This document shows, piece by piece, positions 1 to 8,717 of a DNA stretch of 64,000 bases (within the stretch, counting starts at the first letter, position 1; the number at the start of each line of letters is the position of its first letter). The notes under the pieces are model-generated. The model was not told the origin of the DNA, did no database searches, and worked only from the letters and a program-made list of their open reading frames with translations. A program made the position numbers and the translations under genes. Source of the DNA: Erysipelotrichaceae bacterium (GTDB lineage: Bacteria; Bacillota_I; Bacilli_A; RFN20; CAG-826); assembly GCA_034932745.1 (NCBI GenBank), contig JAYFOJ010000003.1, forward strand, positions 80,307 through 144,306, given 5' to 3'.

Positions 1-29
1 ATTAAAGGTTGCTTTAATCGGAAAATAAA

Positions 30-623
30 ATGATTAATTTTCGTAACGCTAAATTTATTAAAAGTGCTCCGACATACGAAGAATCTCCAAAAGACAACAT
101 CTTGGACGAGATTCTTATTGTCGGGCGTTCAAACGTTGGTAAGTCTTCGCTTATCAATGCTTTGTGCGATAACAAATCTCTAGCGTTTACTTCTTCAAAG
201 CCTGGACATACAAAATTACTTAATTTCTTCAATATCGACAAAAGGTTCTATCTAGTCGATGCCCCTGGATATGGATATTCCATTTCTAGTCGTAGCGAAA
301 TTGTCGATTTTCAGAAGTTGATGGATGGATATTTCTCTACATCCAAGAAATTAAAAGGAGTCGTTTTCCTACTAGACTCTCGTCGCGAAGTTAATCACGA
401 TGATGTTCTTCTTTATAATTTCTTCATCGAGCACGACATTCCATTTATTTTAGTTTTAACTAAGTGCGATAAGATAAATCAGAAAGAAAAAGCGAAGATT
501 ACATCGCATCTAAAAGAAATTGGAATGGTGGAGAGCATCAAAGAAACCATACTAGTTTCAATTAACGATAAAATCGCGGTTAATAAACTAAAATCTGCGA
601 TTGAAAAAGTTCTAGCTAACTAA
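30..623 (+). CDS. engB: Ribosome biogenesis GTP-binding protein EngB/YsxC
   Basis: 197 aa; G1 motif GRSNVGKSS; length and motif order match the EngB/YihA family. Confidence 0.85.
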   Translation: MINFRNAKFIKSAPTYEESPKDNILDEILIVGRSNVGKSSLINALCDNKSLAFTSSKPGHTKLLNFFNIDKRFYLVDAPGYGYSISSRSEIVDFQKLMDGYFSTSKKLKGVVFLLDSRREVNHDDVLLYNFFIEHDIPFILVLTKCDKINQKEKAKITSHLKEIGMVESIKETILVSINDKIAVNKLKSAIEKVLAN

Positions 624-647
624 CTCGAGAAATCGAGTTTTTTATTT
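624..647 (+). terminator. Rho-independent terminator after engB
   Basis: Hairpin ctcgagaaatcgag followed by a T-run. Confidence 0.7.
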
Positions 648-668
648 TCCTTTAATTAGTAAGAAGTA

Positions 669-696
669 TTGAATTAGGAATCTTAATTGATATAAT
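669..696 (+). promoter_or_regulatory. Sigma-A type promoter for the valS leader
   Basis: TTGAAT, 16-nt spacer, TATAAT. Confidence 0.5.
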
Positions 697-702
697 TAAA
701 CT

Positions 703-922
703 ATCCTTTAAGCAAAAAGGAGTAATTAAATCCCTTCTTAATAGAGAGTCCCTGATGGTGGAAACGGGTCAAGAACATTTAATGAAGTCGTTTTGTTAGG
801 ATCAATTAATCATTGCGTATATCGGCGTTAACGATTTCAAGAGCGTTATTCTAATAATAACGAATTAAGGTGGTACCGCGTTTAACGACGTCCTTTATGT
901 TTAAAGGGCGTTTTTTATTGGA
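703..922 (+). promoter_or_regulatory. T-box riboswitch leader of valS
   Basis: AGAGA box at 743-747; T-box sequence AATTAAGGTGGTACCGCG at 863-880; terminator hairpin acgtccttt...aaagggcgt with a U-run at 886-920; candidate specifier GUC (Val) near 787. Confidence 0.8.
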
Positions 923-932
923 GGAAAGTGCT

Positions 933-3530
933 ATGTTAGAAAAAAGATATAACCCACTAGAGGTTGAAAAAGGTAAGTACGAGACTTGGAAAAGCCGTGG
1001 TTACTTTCAAGCTGGAGATAAGACAAAAACTCCTTTTTCAATGGTTATTCCTCCGCCAAATGTCACTGGTAAACTCCATTTAGGACATGCCTGGGATACG
1101 ACGATTCAAGATATTATTGCCCGCTATAAAAAGGCAAAAGGTTTCGACGTGCTATGGCTTCCAGGAATGGATCACGCTGGAATTGCAACCCAAGCTAAAG
1201 TAATGGAGCAATTAAGAAAAAGTGGTGTCGATGTCAATAAATTAACAAGAGAAGAGTTTTTAAAGAAAGCCTGGGAATGGAAGGATGTATACGCTAAAAC
1301 GATCCACGAACAATGGGCGACTTTAGGATTGTCTTTAGATTATTCACGCGAAAGGTTTACTCTCGATGAAGGTCTTAATAAGGCGGTCCGCAAAGTTTTC
1401 GTTTCTTTATATCAAAAAGGTTTAATTTATCAAGGCGAAAGAATCATTAACTGGGATCCAGTACAAATGACCGCCTTATCAAACATCGAAGTTATTCATA
1501 GCAATGATAAAGGAGAATTTTTCTACTTCAGATATCCAGTAGTCGGCACTAGTGAAGCGCTAATTGTCGCGACTACTCGTCCTGAAACAATGTTCGGAGA
1601 TGTTTGCTTAGTCGTTAATCCAAAAGATAAGAGATATCAAAAATACATTGGAAAAGAAGTAATCAATCCTGCGAACAATGAAAAACTCCCAATTATTGCT
1701 GACGAATATGTCGATTTAGCCTTTGGTACCGGAGTGATGAAGTGTACTCCTGCCCACGACCCTAATGACTTTGTCATTGGCGAAAAATATGGCTTGCCAA
1801 AGATTATCTGTATGAACAAAAATGCCACGATGAACGAAAAGTGTGGCAAGTATAATGGTCTCGATCGTTTTGAATGCCGCAAGAGATTAGTAGAAGATAT
1901 CAAATCGGCCGGAAACCTCGTCAAGATCGAGAAGATTGTTCACCCAGTCGGACATTCTGAAAGAAGCAACGCTATAGTTGAACCAATGTTATCGAAACAA
2001 TGGTTCGTTAAAATGTCTCCATTAGCGGCTAAAACATTAAAGAATCAAAAGACAAAGAACAAGGTTGAGTTTATTCCTGCAAGATTTGAAAAAGTCTTAG
2101 TAAGATGGATGGAAAATGTCGAAGATTGGTGTATTTCTCGTCAATTGTGGTGGGGACATAGAATTCCAGCGTATTACAATAAAATAACTGGCGAAGTTTT
2201 AGTAAGTGAAGAAGCACCAAAAGATATGAAGAACTGGGAACAAGATAGCGATGTCTTAGACACATGGTTCTCATCTGGTTTATGGCCATTTAGTTCACTT
2301 GGTTGGCCAGAAGAAACCGAAGACTTCAAACGCTATTTCCCAACCGATGCCTTAAGCACTGGTTACGACATCATTTTCTTCTGGGTTTCAAGAATGATTT
2401 TCCAAGCTTTAGAGAATACGAAAGAAATACCATTCAAAACCGTTACCATTCATGGTCTAGTAAGAGATCAAAAGGGTAAGAAGATGTCTAAATCTCTTGG
2501 CAATGGTGTCGATCCAATTGAAGTTATTAATAAATATGGCGCAGATGCACTTCGATATTTCTTAACGACGAATTCGACTCCAGGGCAAGATATGAGATAT
2601 ATCGAAGAAAAGGTCGAATCAAGCGCTAATTATTTAAATAAGATTTGGAATGCCGCTCGTTACATTTTGGGAATAATTCCTAGTGATTTTGATGAAAAAC
2701 CACTAGTGGTAAATGAACTCCTTCCACTTGATAAATGGATTATTAGTCGCCTAGAAAAAACAATCAAGAGCGTCACTAATAATATGGAGAAGTATGATTT
2801 CAACGCAGCTTCTTCTCATCTATATAATTTTGTTTACGACGACTTCTGCTCGCAATACCTCGAAATGAGCAAGGTGACCTTGTCGTCAAATGATCAAAAT
2901 GCAATTGCTAATACATATCAAGTTTTGATGAAATGTCTAAAAGACATCGTACTAATGATATATCCATACACTCCGTTCATTGCCGAGGAATTATATCTCA
3001 ATTTCCCAAATCATCTCGAATCGATTGTTCTAGAACCATATCCAGTGTTTAATAAAAAACTAATCGATAGTAAAGATGACGATAAGGTTAATCTACTTCT
3101 CGACTATATAAAAGCGGTTCGCAATTACAAAATCGAGAACAAGATGGCGCCTAATGCTTCGGTCGACTTGATGATTAAATCGACGGTCGGCTATTTTGAA
3201 GGCTTCAACAGTTATTTATCTCGATTTGCATTCGCTAAACATATCAAAGTATCGGAAACCGATATCTCAAAGCATAAAGGTGAATTCATCTTGTGCAATA
3301 ATGGCGAATTATTAATCGAGTTAGACACTAATAGTGAAGATTTAATCAAGAAGATTAACGATTCAATTAAATTAGAAGAAAGCGAGATTGAAAGAGCAAA
3401 AAAGATGCTTTCAAACCCATCGTTTGTTGCAAAAGCACCAAAAGAGAAAATTGATCTCGAAAAAGAAAAACTTCAAAAACACGAAGAAAGTTTAAGATTG
3501 TTAATCTCGAAAAAAGAAAAATTGCAGTAA
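933..3530 (+). CDS. valS: Valyl-tRNA synthetase
   Basis: HIGH motif (PPPNVTGKLHLGHAW); KMSKS motif; C-terminal coiled coil; start at the ATG after a GGAGG SD. The longer ORF from 870 would run through the T-box terminator. Confidence 0.9.
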   Translation: MLEKRYNPLEVEKGKYETWKSRGYFQAGDKTKTPFSMVIPPPNVTGKLHLGHAWDTTIQDIIARYKKAKGFDVLWLPGMDHAGIATQAKVMEQLRKSGVDVNKLTREEFLKKAWEWKDVYAKTIHEQWATLGLSLDYSRERFTLDEGLNKAVRKVFVSLYQKGLIYQGERIINWDPVQMTALSNIEVIHSNDKGEFFYFRYPVVGTSEALIVATTRPETMFGDVCLVVNPKDKRYQKYIGKEVINPANNEKLPIIADEYVDLAFGTGVMKCTPAHDPNDFVIGEKYGLPKIICMNKNATMNEKCGKYNGLDRFECRKRLVEDIKSAGNLVKIEKIVHPVGHSERSNAIVEPMLSKQWFVKMSPLAAKTLKNQKTKNKVEFIPARFEKVLVRWMENVEDWCISRQLWWGHRIPAYYNKITGEVLVSEEAPKDMKNWEQDSDVLDTWFSSGLWPFSSLGWPEETEDFKRYFPTDALSTGYDIIFFWVSRMIFQALENTKEIPFKTVTIHGLVRDQKGKKMSKSLGNGVDPIEVINKYGADALRYFLTTNSTPGQDMRYIEEKVESSANYLNKIWNAARYILGIIPSDFDEKPLVVNELLPLDKWIISRLEKTIKSVTNNMEKYDFNAASSHLYNFVYDDFCSQYLEMSKVTLSSNDQNAIANTYQVLMKCLKDIVLMIYPYTPFIAEELYLNFPNHLESIVLEPYPVFNKKLIDSKDDDKVNLLLDYIKAVRNYKIENKMAPNASVDLMIKSTVGYFEGFNSYLSRFAFAKHIKVSETDISKHKGEFILCNNGELLIELDTNSEDLIKKINDSIKLEESEIERAKKMLSNPSFVAKAPKEKIDLEKEKLQKHEESLRLLISKKEKLQ

Positions 3531-3550
3531 TATTAGCACGACCAAGAAAA

Positions 3551-3580
3551 GCCTCTTACTTGTAGTAGGAGGTTTTTATT
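3551..3580 (+). terminator. Terminator after valS
   Basis: Hairpin cctcttact/agtaggagg plus a T-run. Confidence 0.5.
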
Positions 3581-3581
3581 T

Positions 3582-3761
3582 ATGATTAAAAGCATGAGCG
3601 TCGAAGAATTATCTAATCAATACGTTGGAGCGGCGATAACCCTAACGACCGTAATGGCTGTATTGGCCGTCGCTATCGCAGCAGTTGTGGTCTATAAGTT
3701 GTTCTTGTCAAATAAAGGAACTGCGGTTATTCCTGGCGGTTGGAAATTTACTTGGAACTAA
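3582..3761 (+). CDS. Small hydrophobic protein (59 aa), unknown function
   Basis: Strong SD (GTAGGAGG) 8 nt upstream of the ATG; sequence MIKSMSVEELSNQYVGA-AITLTTVMAVLAVAIAAVVVYKLF... gives one predicted TM helix; below the ORF-track size cutoff. Confidence 0.4.
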   Translation: MIKSMSVEELSNQYVGAAITLTTVMAVLAVAIAAVVVYKLFLSNKGTAVIPGGWKFTWN

Positions 3762-3764
3762 ACA

Positions 3765-4445
3765 ATGTCAAGAATCAAAGATTTGCCATCTTATGAGCGT
3801 CCTAGAGAAAAAGCACAAAGACACGGAATCTATAAATTGTCAGATGCCGAATTATTAGCGGTTATTATCGGTAGTGGAACCAAAGGTTTTTCAGCTCTAG
3901 AAATTGCTCAACAAATCATTGGAGATAATAATGGCTTACACGAAGCCTCAAGGATTGACTTAGAAGAATACCAAAAGTACAAAGGAGTATCTTCAATTGT
4001 TTCGACAAAGATAGCGGCAGTGTTTGAACTTGCAAAACGCGTGAATCTTGCTAATATCTATAACGCTGAAAATAGCAAGGAAGTTCAAGAATTTCTCGTA
4101 GAGAAATACAAAATAGAAATTGCAAATTTAGAGCAAGAAGTATTAATAATTGTTTTTCTAAATAAAAAGAAACAAGTCATAAAAGAAAAGAAACTATACA
4201 TGGGGACGAAAAATGGTTCGCCGATTTCGACAAGAGAAGTAGTAAAGGAATTACTTATTTCTAACGCATCATTTTTCTACTTAATACATAATCATCCTAA
4301 TGGTACGCCTTTTCCTTCAGATGAAGACGTTAAAGCAACAATCGAAATCATTAAAAAGACGAGAGAAATCGAAATTGAGATGATCGATCATTTAATCATT
4401 TCAAAGGAGTTCTGTTATTCATTTAAAGAAACTCGGTGCATTTAG
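3765..4445 (+). CDS. radC: RadC-like JAMM-family protein (UPF0758)
   Basis: N-terminal ERPREK...LSDAELLAVIIGSG; JAMM motif HNHPNGTPFPSDED. Confidence 0.85.
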   Translation: MSRIKDLPSYERPREKAQRHGIYKLSDAELLAVIIGSGTKGFSALEIAQQIIGDNNGLHEASRIDLEEYQKYKGVSSIVSTKIAAVFELAKRVNLANIYNAENSKEVQEFLVEKYKIEIANLEQEVLIIVFLNKKKQVIKEKKLYMGTKNGSPISTREVVKELLISNASFFYLIHNHPNGTPFPSDEDVKATIEIIKKTREIEIEMIDHLIISKEFCYSFKETRCI

Positions 4446-4472
4446 CCGCAAAAACTACCAATTAATTTATTG

Positions 4473-4501
4473 ACTATTAATTATAACTTTGTTATATTAC
4501 A
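4473..4501 (+). promoter_or_regulatory. Promoter for the rplU operon
   Basis: TTGACT, 17-nt spacer, TATATT. Confidence 0.5.
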
Positions 4502-4504
4502 TGC

Positions 4505-4600
4505 GTTGTCGTCTCACTAGCTACAACCGCATAGGAAAGGTTTCAAAACTTATCAAAGTACCTCGATAGCGAGTCCTAAGTGAAATTATAAGGGAGGGAC
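4505..4600 (+). promoter_or_regulatory. Possible L21-leader-type structured 5' UTR
   Basis: About 100-nt leader with stem gcgttgt...acaaccgc upstream of rplU; position analogous to the Firmicutes L21 leader. Confidence 0.3.
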
Positions 4601-4603
4601 ATT

Positions 4604-4912
4604 ATGTACGCAATCATCGAAACTGGTGGAAAACAAATCCGCGTCGAAGTCGGTCAAAAGATTTATATCGAAAAGATCGAAGCCGAAGCCGGAGCTGTTC
4701 ACACTTTCGACAAAGTTCTCTTAATCGGAGACAAAAAAGTAAATACTGGTAAACCATTTATTGCTGGAGCCACAGTTACTGCTAAAGTCGAAAAACAGGG
4801 CTTATCTAGAAAACTTATCGTTTTCAAGTATAAAGCGAAGACCAATGAACGCAAGACTATTGGTCATCGTCAGCCATATACCTGTCTCATTATCGAAGCT
4901 ATCAACGCTTAA
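4604..4912 (+). CDS. rplU: 50S ribosomal protein L21
   Basis: [11 protein letters not shown]...; 102 aa. Confidence 0.95.
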   Translation: MYAIIETGGKQIRVEVGQKIYIEKIEAEAGAVHTFDKVLLIGDKKVNTGKPFIAGATVTAKVEKQGLSRKLIVFKYKAKTNERKTIGHRQPYTCLIIEAINA

Positions 4913-4917
4913 TAGTT

Positions 4918-5223
4918 ATGATTAATGTGTTAGTCGTTGGAAAAGGTTCTGAATTCTCGTCACTAGAGGTCAAAGGACACGCTAATAGTGCTCCGATGGG
5001 ACATGATCTCGTGTGCGCTGCTGTTTCAGCAGTAATTACCGGAGGATTCAATTCTTTAGAAAATAAAAAGGACTTCTCGTTTAAGTTAAACGATGGCGAC
5101 GCCTTTTTAAAAAGTGAGAACCCAGTATCCAAACACGACGAAGTTGTTGTAGAAACAATCATCACATCATTAATGACAATCGCTGAAACAAATCACGAAT
5201 TCATCAAGATTAAATTCATGTAG
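4918..5223 (+). CDS. prp: Ribosomal processing cysteine protease Prp (cleaves the L27 N-terminal extension)
   Basis: Sits between rplU and rpmA; family-typical GHA...CAAVS motif region. Confidence 0.8.
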   Translation: MINVLVVGKGSEFSSLEVKGHANSAPMGHDLVCAAVSAVITGGFNSLENKKDFSFKLNDGDAFLKSENPVSKHDEVVVETIITSLMTIAETNHEFIKIKFM

Positions 5224-5240
5224 AAAGGATATTCATCGCT

Positions 5241-5528
5241 ATGATGTTTAAATTAAATCTCCAATTATTTGCGAGTAAAAAGGGCGTTGGCTCAACTAAA
5301 AACGGCCGTGACTCTGAATCCAAACGTTTAGGCGCGAAAAAAGGTGATGGCCAAACGGTCAAAGCCGGAAATATTATCTACCGTCAAAGAGGCACAAAGA
5401 TTTATCCAGGTGTCAATACTAAAAAAGGCGGAGATGACACGATTTTTGCGACAAAGAGTGGCATCGTAAAATACGAGAGAGTTGGCAAAACTAGAACTCG
5501 CGTTAGTGTTTACGAAGAAACCAAATAA
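5241..5528 (+). CDS. rpmA: 50S ribosomal protein L27 with cleavable N-terminal extension
   Basis: [10 protein letters not shown]|[15 protein letters not shown]; extension plus Prp cleavage motif. Confidence 0.95.
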   Translation: MMFKLNLQLFASKKGVGSTKNGRDSESKRLGAKKGDGQTVKAGNIIYRQRGTKIYPGVNTKKGGDDTIFATKSGIVKYERVGKTRTRVSVYEETK

Positions 5529-5542
5529 GTAACAATAATCAA

Positions 5543-5571
5543 AAGACCACATGACTTTGTGGTCTTTTTTG
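5543..5571 (+). terminator. Terminator after rpmA
   Basis: aagaccac-atgacttt-gtggtctt followed by tttttt. Confidence 0.8.
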
Positions 5572-5608
5572 ATACATTTTTGTATAATGTTTAAAAAGGA
5601 CTTAAACT

Positions 5609-6880
5609 ATGTTTATCGACCAAGCAAAAATTGAAGTAAGATCTGGAAAGGGTGGCGATGGTGCCATTGCTTTTCTTCGTGAAAAATATGTTCCATTTGG
5701 AGGACCTGCCGGCGGAAATGGTGGACGTGGCTCCTCTATTTATTTAAGAGCCAATAAAGCCGTTAATACGCTAATTAACTTTCGACATTCAAGAACCTTC
5801 ATCGCTCCAGAAGGCGAAAAGGGTGGCATTAAAAATCAATATGGTCGTTCAATGGACGATTTAATTGTCGATGTTCCTGTTGGCACAGTTGTTTTTGAAG
5901 AGCCAGAGCATCGTTTTTTGGGCGATTTAAATGAAGATGGGAAGTTGCTTCTCGTCGCTAAAGGTGGACGTGGAGGACGAGGAAATACTTGTTTTAAGTC
6001 TCCAACCAACCGCGCTCCTAAGATTGCTGAAAATGGAGAGCCAGGACAAATCAAGAAACTCACTTTAGAGTTGAAACTTTTAGCTGATGTTGGCGTAGTA
6101 GGATTCCCAAGCGTTGGTAAATCCACTCTTCTTAGCGTCGTTAGCGCAGCACGTCCAGAGATAGCCGATTATCCATTTACGACCATTGTTCCTAATCTAG
6201 GTGTCGTTTCTTCAAAGGATGGAAGATCATTTGTAATGGCAGATTTACCAGGACTAATCGAAGGTGCACATTTAGGTAAAGGATTAGGTTTAACCTTCCT
6301 AAGACATATCGAAAGATGTCGCGTTATCGTTCACGTCATTTCGATGGATGGTGAACGCGATCCATATAGTGATTACAAAATAATTAATGCCGAACTTAAA
6401 TTCTACGGATTTGGTTTGTCAAAAAGACCAGTTGTAATCGTTGCTAGTAAAATGGATGAAGATGGCGCTAACGAAAGACTTGAAGCCTTTAAAGCAAAGA
6501 TCAAAAAACCAGTCATCGGAATCTCGGCGTTGACCGGTGAAGGAATCGATAAACTGGTGTATAAATGCGCTGATTTACTCGATAAGACACCACAATTCCC
6601 ACTTTACGATGAAAATAGTAATGATACTGGTGTTAAAGTCTATACAGTAGAAAACGAAAAAGGATTCGTTATTAATAGATTAGATGCTCATACTTTTGTC
6701 ATCACGGGTGAAAAGATTGAAAAATTCTATAAAATGACTAATACGACAACGGATGAGGGAATGATGAAGTTAATAACTCATCTTCGCGTAATTGGAATCG
6801 ACGATGAACTCGCAAAAATCGGAGCTCAAGATGGAGACACAATAAAATTGTGCGACTTCGAATTTGAGTATGTCGAGTAA
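5609..6880 (+). CDS. obg: GTPase Obg
   Basis: Gly-rich Obg fold at the N-terminus; G domain GFPSVGKST; C-terminal OCT domain; extended -10 (TGTATAAT) upstream. Confidence 0.95.
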   Translation: MFIDQAKIEVRSGKGGDGAIAFLREKYVPFGGPAGGNGGRGSSIYLRANKAVNTLINFRHSRTFIAPEGEKGGIKNQYGRSMDDLIVDVPVGTVVFEEPEHRFLGDLNEDGKLLLVAKGGRGGRGNTCFKSPTNRAPKIAENGEPGQIKKLTLELKLLADVGVVGFPSVGKSTLLSVVSAARPEIADYPFTTIVPNLGVVSSKDGRSFVMADLPGLIEGAHLGKGLGLTFLRHIERCRVIVHVISMDGERDPYSDYKIINAELKFYGFGLSKRPVVIVASKMDEDGANERLEAFKAKIKKPVIGISALTGEGIDKLVYKCADLLDKTPQFPLYDENSNDTGVKVYTVENEKGFVINRLDAHTFVITGEKIEKFYKMTNTTTDEGMMKLITHLRVIGIDDELAKIGAQDGDTIKLCDFEFEYVE

Positions 6881-6884
6881 CGAT

Positions 6885-6980
6885 ATGGAACATAGAGTTG
6901 ACTTAGCAATTCTAGCTTCGCTCATAAGTGCATTTGTCATTTTGATCTTAATTATCCTATTAGTAGTTGTAGTTGGTTAA
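6885..6980 (+). CDS. Possible 31-aa hydrophobic micropeptide
   Basis: MEHRVDLAILASLISAFVILILIILLVVVVG between obg and ruvA; no clear SD. Confidence 0.2.
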   Translation: MEHRVDLAILASLISAFVILILIILLVVVVG

Positions 6981-6996
6981 GTAAAGGAGTGAAATT

Positions 6997-7548
6997 ATGT
7001 TTTATTCTCTTAACGGTAAGATTACCTTCAAAGGCGAAAATTATGTCGTAGTCGATGTAAGAGATGTCGGCTATCAAGTTTTCGTTAGTCATGCAAGTGA
7101 CTATGAAATAGGTCAAAGCATATTTTTATTCACTCATTATGTCGTAAGAGAAGATGACCAATTCTTGATTGGCTTTGCTTCTCGACTTGAAAAAGATGCT
7201 TTTGAGTCGCTAATCGGCGTTAAAGGTTTAGGCCCAAAAACTGCCATTAATGCTTTAAGCGCAACGACCCCAGAAATGTTAATGAAAGCTATTGCGTCCA
7301 ATAACGTTACATATTTAAAAAGATTACCGGGAATTGGAGCAAAAGCTGCGGCACAGATTATTCTCGATTTAAAGGGACAAATTACTGGTGAAAAAGGTGA
7401 CCCTGATCGCTATGAAGATGTTAAGTTAGCATTAAAGCAACTTGGTTTTAAGAATGTTCAAATCGACCGAGTTTTATCAGATATAAACGAAGAAAATGCT
7501 TCGATGGAAGAAATCCTTTCTATTGCATTGAAGAAATTGAGGAAATAA
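6997..7548 (+). CDS. ruvA: Holliday junction branch-migration protein RuvA
   Basis: 183 aa; HhH motifs GVKGLGPKTA and LPGIGAKAA. Confidence 0.9.
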   Translation: MFYSLNGKITFKGENYVVVDVRDVGYQVFVSHASDYEIGQSIFLFTHYVVREDDQFLIGFASRLEKDAFESLIGVKGLGPKTAINALSATTPEMLMKAIASNNVTYLKRLPGIGAKAAAQIILDLKGQITGEKGDPDRYEDVKLALKQLGFKNVQIDRVLSDINEENASMEEILSIALKKLRK

Positions 7549-7550
7549 TA

Positions 7551-8555
7551 ATGTCTCGATTAATGGATGCCAAAAAAATCGATAAAGAAGTCGAGGAAGA
7601 AACCACTCTTAGACCGCGTACTTTAAATGAGTATGTTGGTCAAAAAGCCTTGAAAGATAATTTAAAGGTTTTTATTGGCGCTGCCTTGCATCGCAATGAA
7701 ACTCTTGACCACTGTTTGTTTTATGGACCACCAGGACTAGGAAAAACCACCCTTGCCCACGTTATAGCTAATGAAATGCATGGACCGATAAGAATCATTT
7801 CTGGTCCAACGATTGAGAAGGCTGGCGACTTAGCGGCGATTTTAACCGATTTGCAGCCAGGAGAGATTCTCTTTATTGATGAAATCCATCGTCTGCCGAA
7901 AGCGGTAGAAGAGATTCTTTATCAAGCAATGGAAGATTTCAATCTTTCATTAGTAGTTTCAAAGGACACAACGGCCAAAACTCTAAATATTGAATTGTCC
8001 CCATTTACATTAATCGGCGCAACGACAAGAGCTGGTGATTTGACTGCTCCACTTAGAGCGAGATTTGGAATAACTGAAAAGATTAACTTTTACACTGCTG
8101 AAGAAATAAAGAAAATCGTCGAAAGAACTGCGAAAGTTTTTAACACCAAAATAGACGATCGAGCAGCGGACGAAATCGCTAAAAGAAGTAGAGGAACTCC
8201 TCGTATTGCTAATAGACTCTTTAAAAGAGTGAGAGATTTTGCTAATTACGAAGGTAAAGACAGCATCGGATATGATGATGCAATCAAAGCCCTCAACGCA
8301 TTAAAAGTAGACGCCATCGGATTGGATGATGTCGATATTAGGTATTTGAAAACAATCGTCGAAAGGTTTAGAGGTGGACCAGTTGGATTAGATGCCGTCG
8401 CTAATGCAATCGGTGAAGAATCGACTAACTTAGAAGATGTCTATGAGCCGTACTTGGTTCAACTCGGTTTTATCGATCGAACACCAAAAGGTCGTGTAGT
8501 TACTGAAAAGGCATTAAAACACCTTAAAATTGACTATCAAGCCAAATTGTTTTGA
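7551..8555 (+). CDS. ruvB: Holliday junction helicase RuvB
   Basis: Walker A GPPGLGKTTLA; AAA+ fold; 334 aa. Confidence 0.95.
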   Translation: MSRLMDAKKIDKEVEEETTLRPRTLNEYVGQKALKDNLKVFIGAALHRNETLDHCLFYGPPGLGKTTLAHVIANEMHGPIRIISGPTIEKAGDLAAILTDLQPGEILFIDEIHRLPKAVEEILYQAMEDFNLSLVVSKDTTAKTLNIELSPFTLIGATTRAGDLTAPLRARFGITEKINFYTAEEIKKIVERTAKVFNTKIDDRAADEIAKRSRGTPRIANRLFKRVRDFANYEGKDSIGYDDAIKALNALKVDAIGLDDVDIRYLKTIVERFRGGPVGLDAVANAIGEESTNLEDVYEPYLVQLGFIDRTPKGRVVTEKALKHLKIDYQAKLF

Positions 8556-8577
8556 TTATACGATAATAAATAATACT

Positions 8578-8606
8578 AAAGACTGCTTAAAACAGTCTTT
8601 TTTATT
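8578..8606 (+). terminator. Terminator after ruvB
   Basis: aaagactgc-ttaaaa-cagtctttttt. Confidence 0.8.
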
Positions 8607-8717
8607 AGCCTTTTTGTCCTGAATTTTGTATTGAATTATATATATAATTGTTGTAAATTATATAAGTCAGCGCGTTAGCGCAAGATTTTTAGTATAACGA
8701 AAGGATATCAAGACAAT

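Noticed and set aside
870-932. N-terminal extension of the valS ORF (MVPRLTTSFMFKGRFLLEESA) in the ORF track
   Set aside because: This stretch overlaps the T-box terminator/antiterminator. The true start is the SD-preceded ATG at 933.
1637-1924. Antisense ORFs inside valS, obg, secDF, recJ, relA, parC, nadE, sigA and others (e.g. 1637-1924, 5836-6126, 12209-12625, 17436-17882, 38017-38349, 44722-45024, 53757-54134)
   Set aside because: They are fully embedded in well-supported conserved genes on the opposite strand, have no SD and have odd composition. They are typical chance ORFs in AT-rich DNA.
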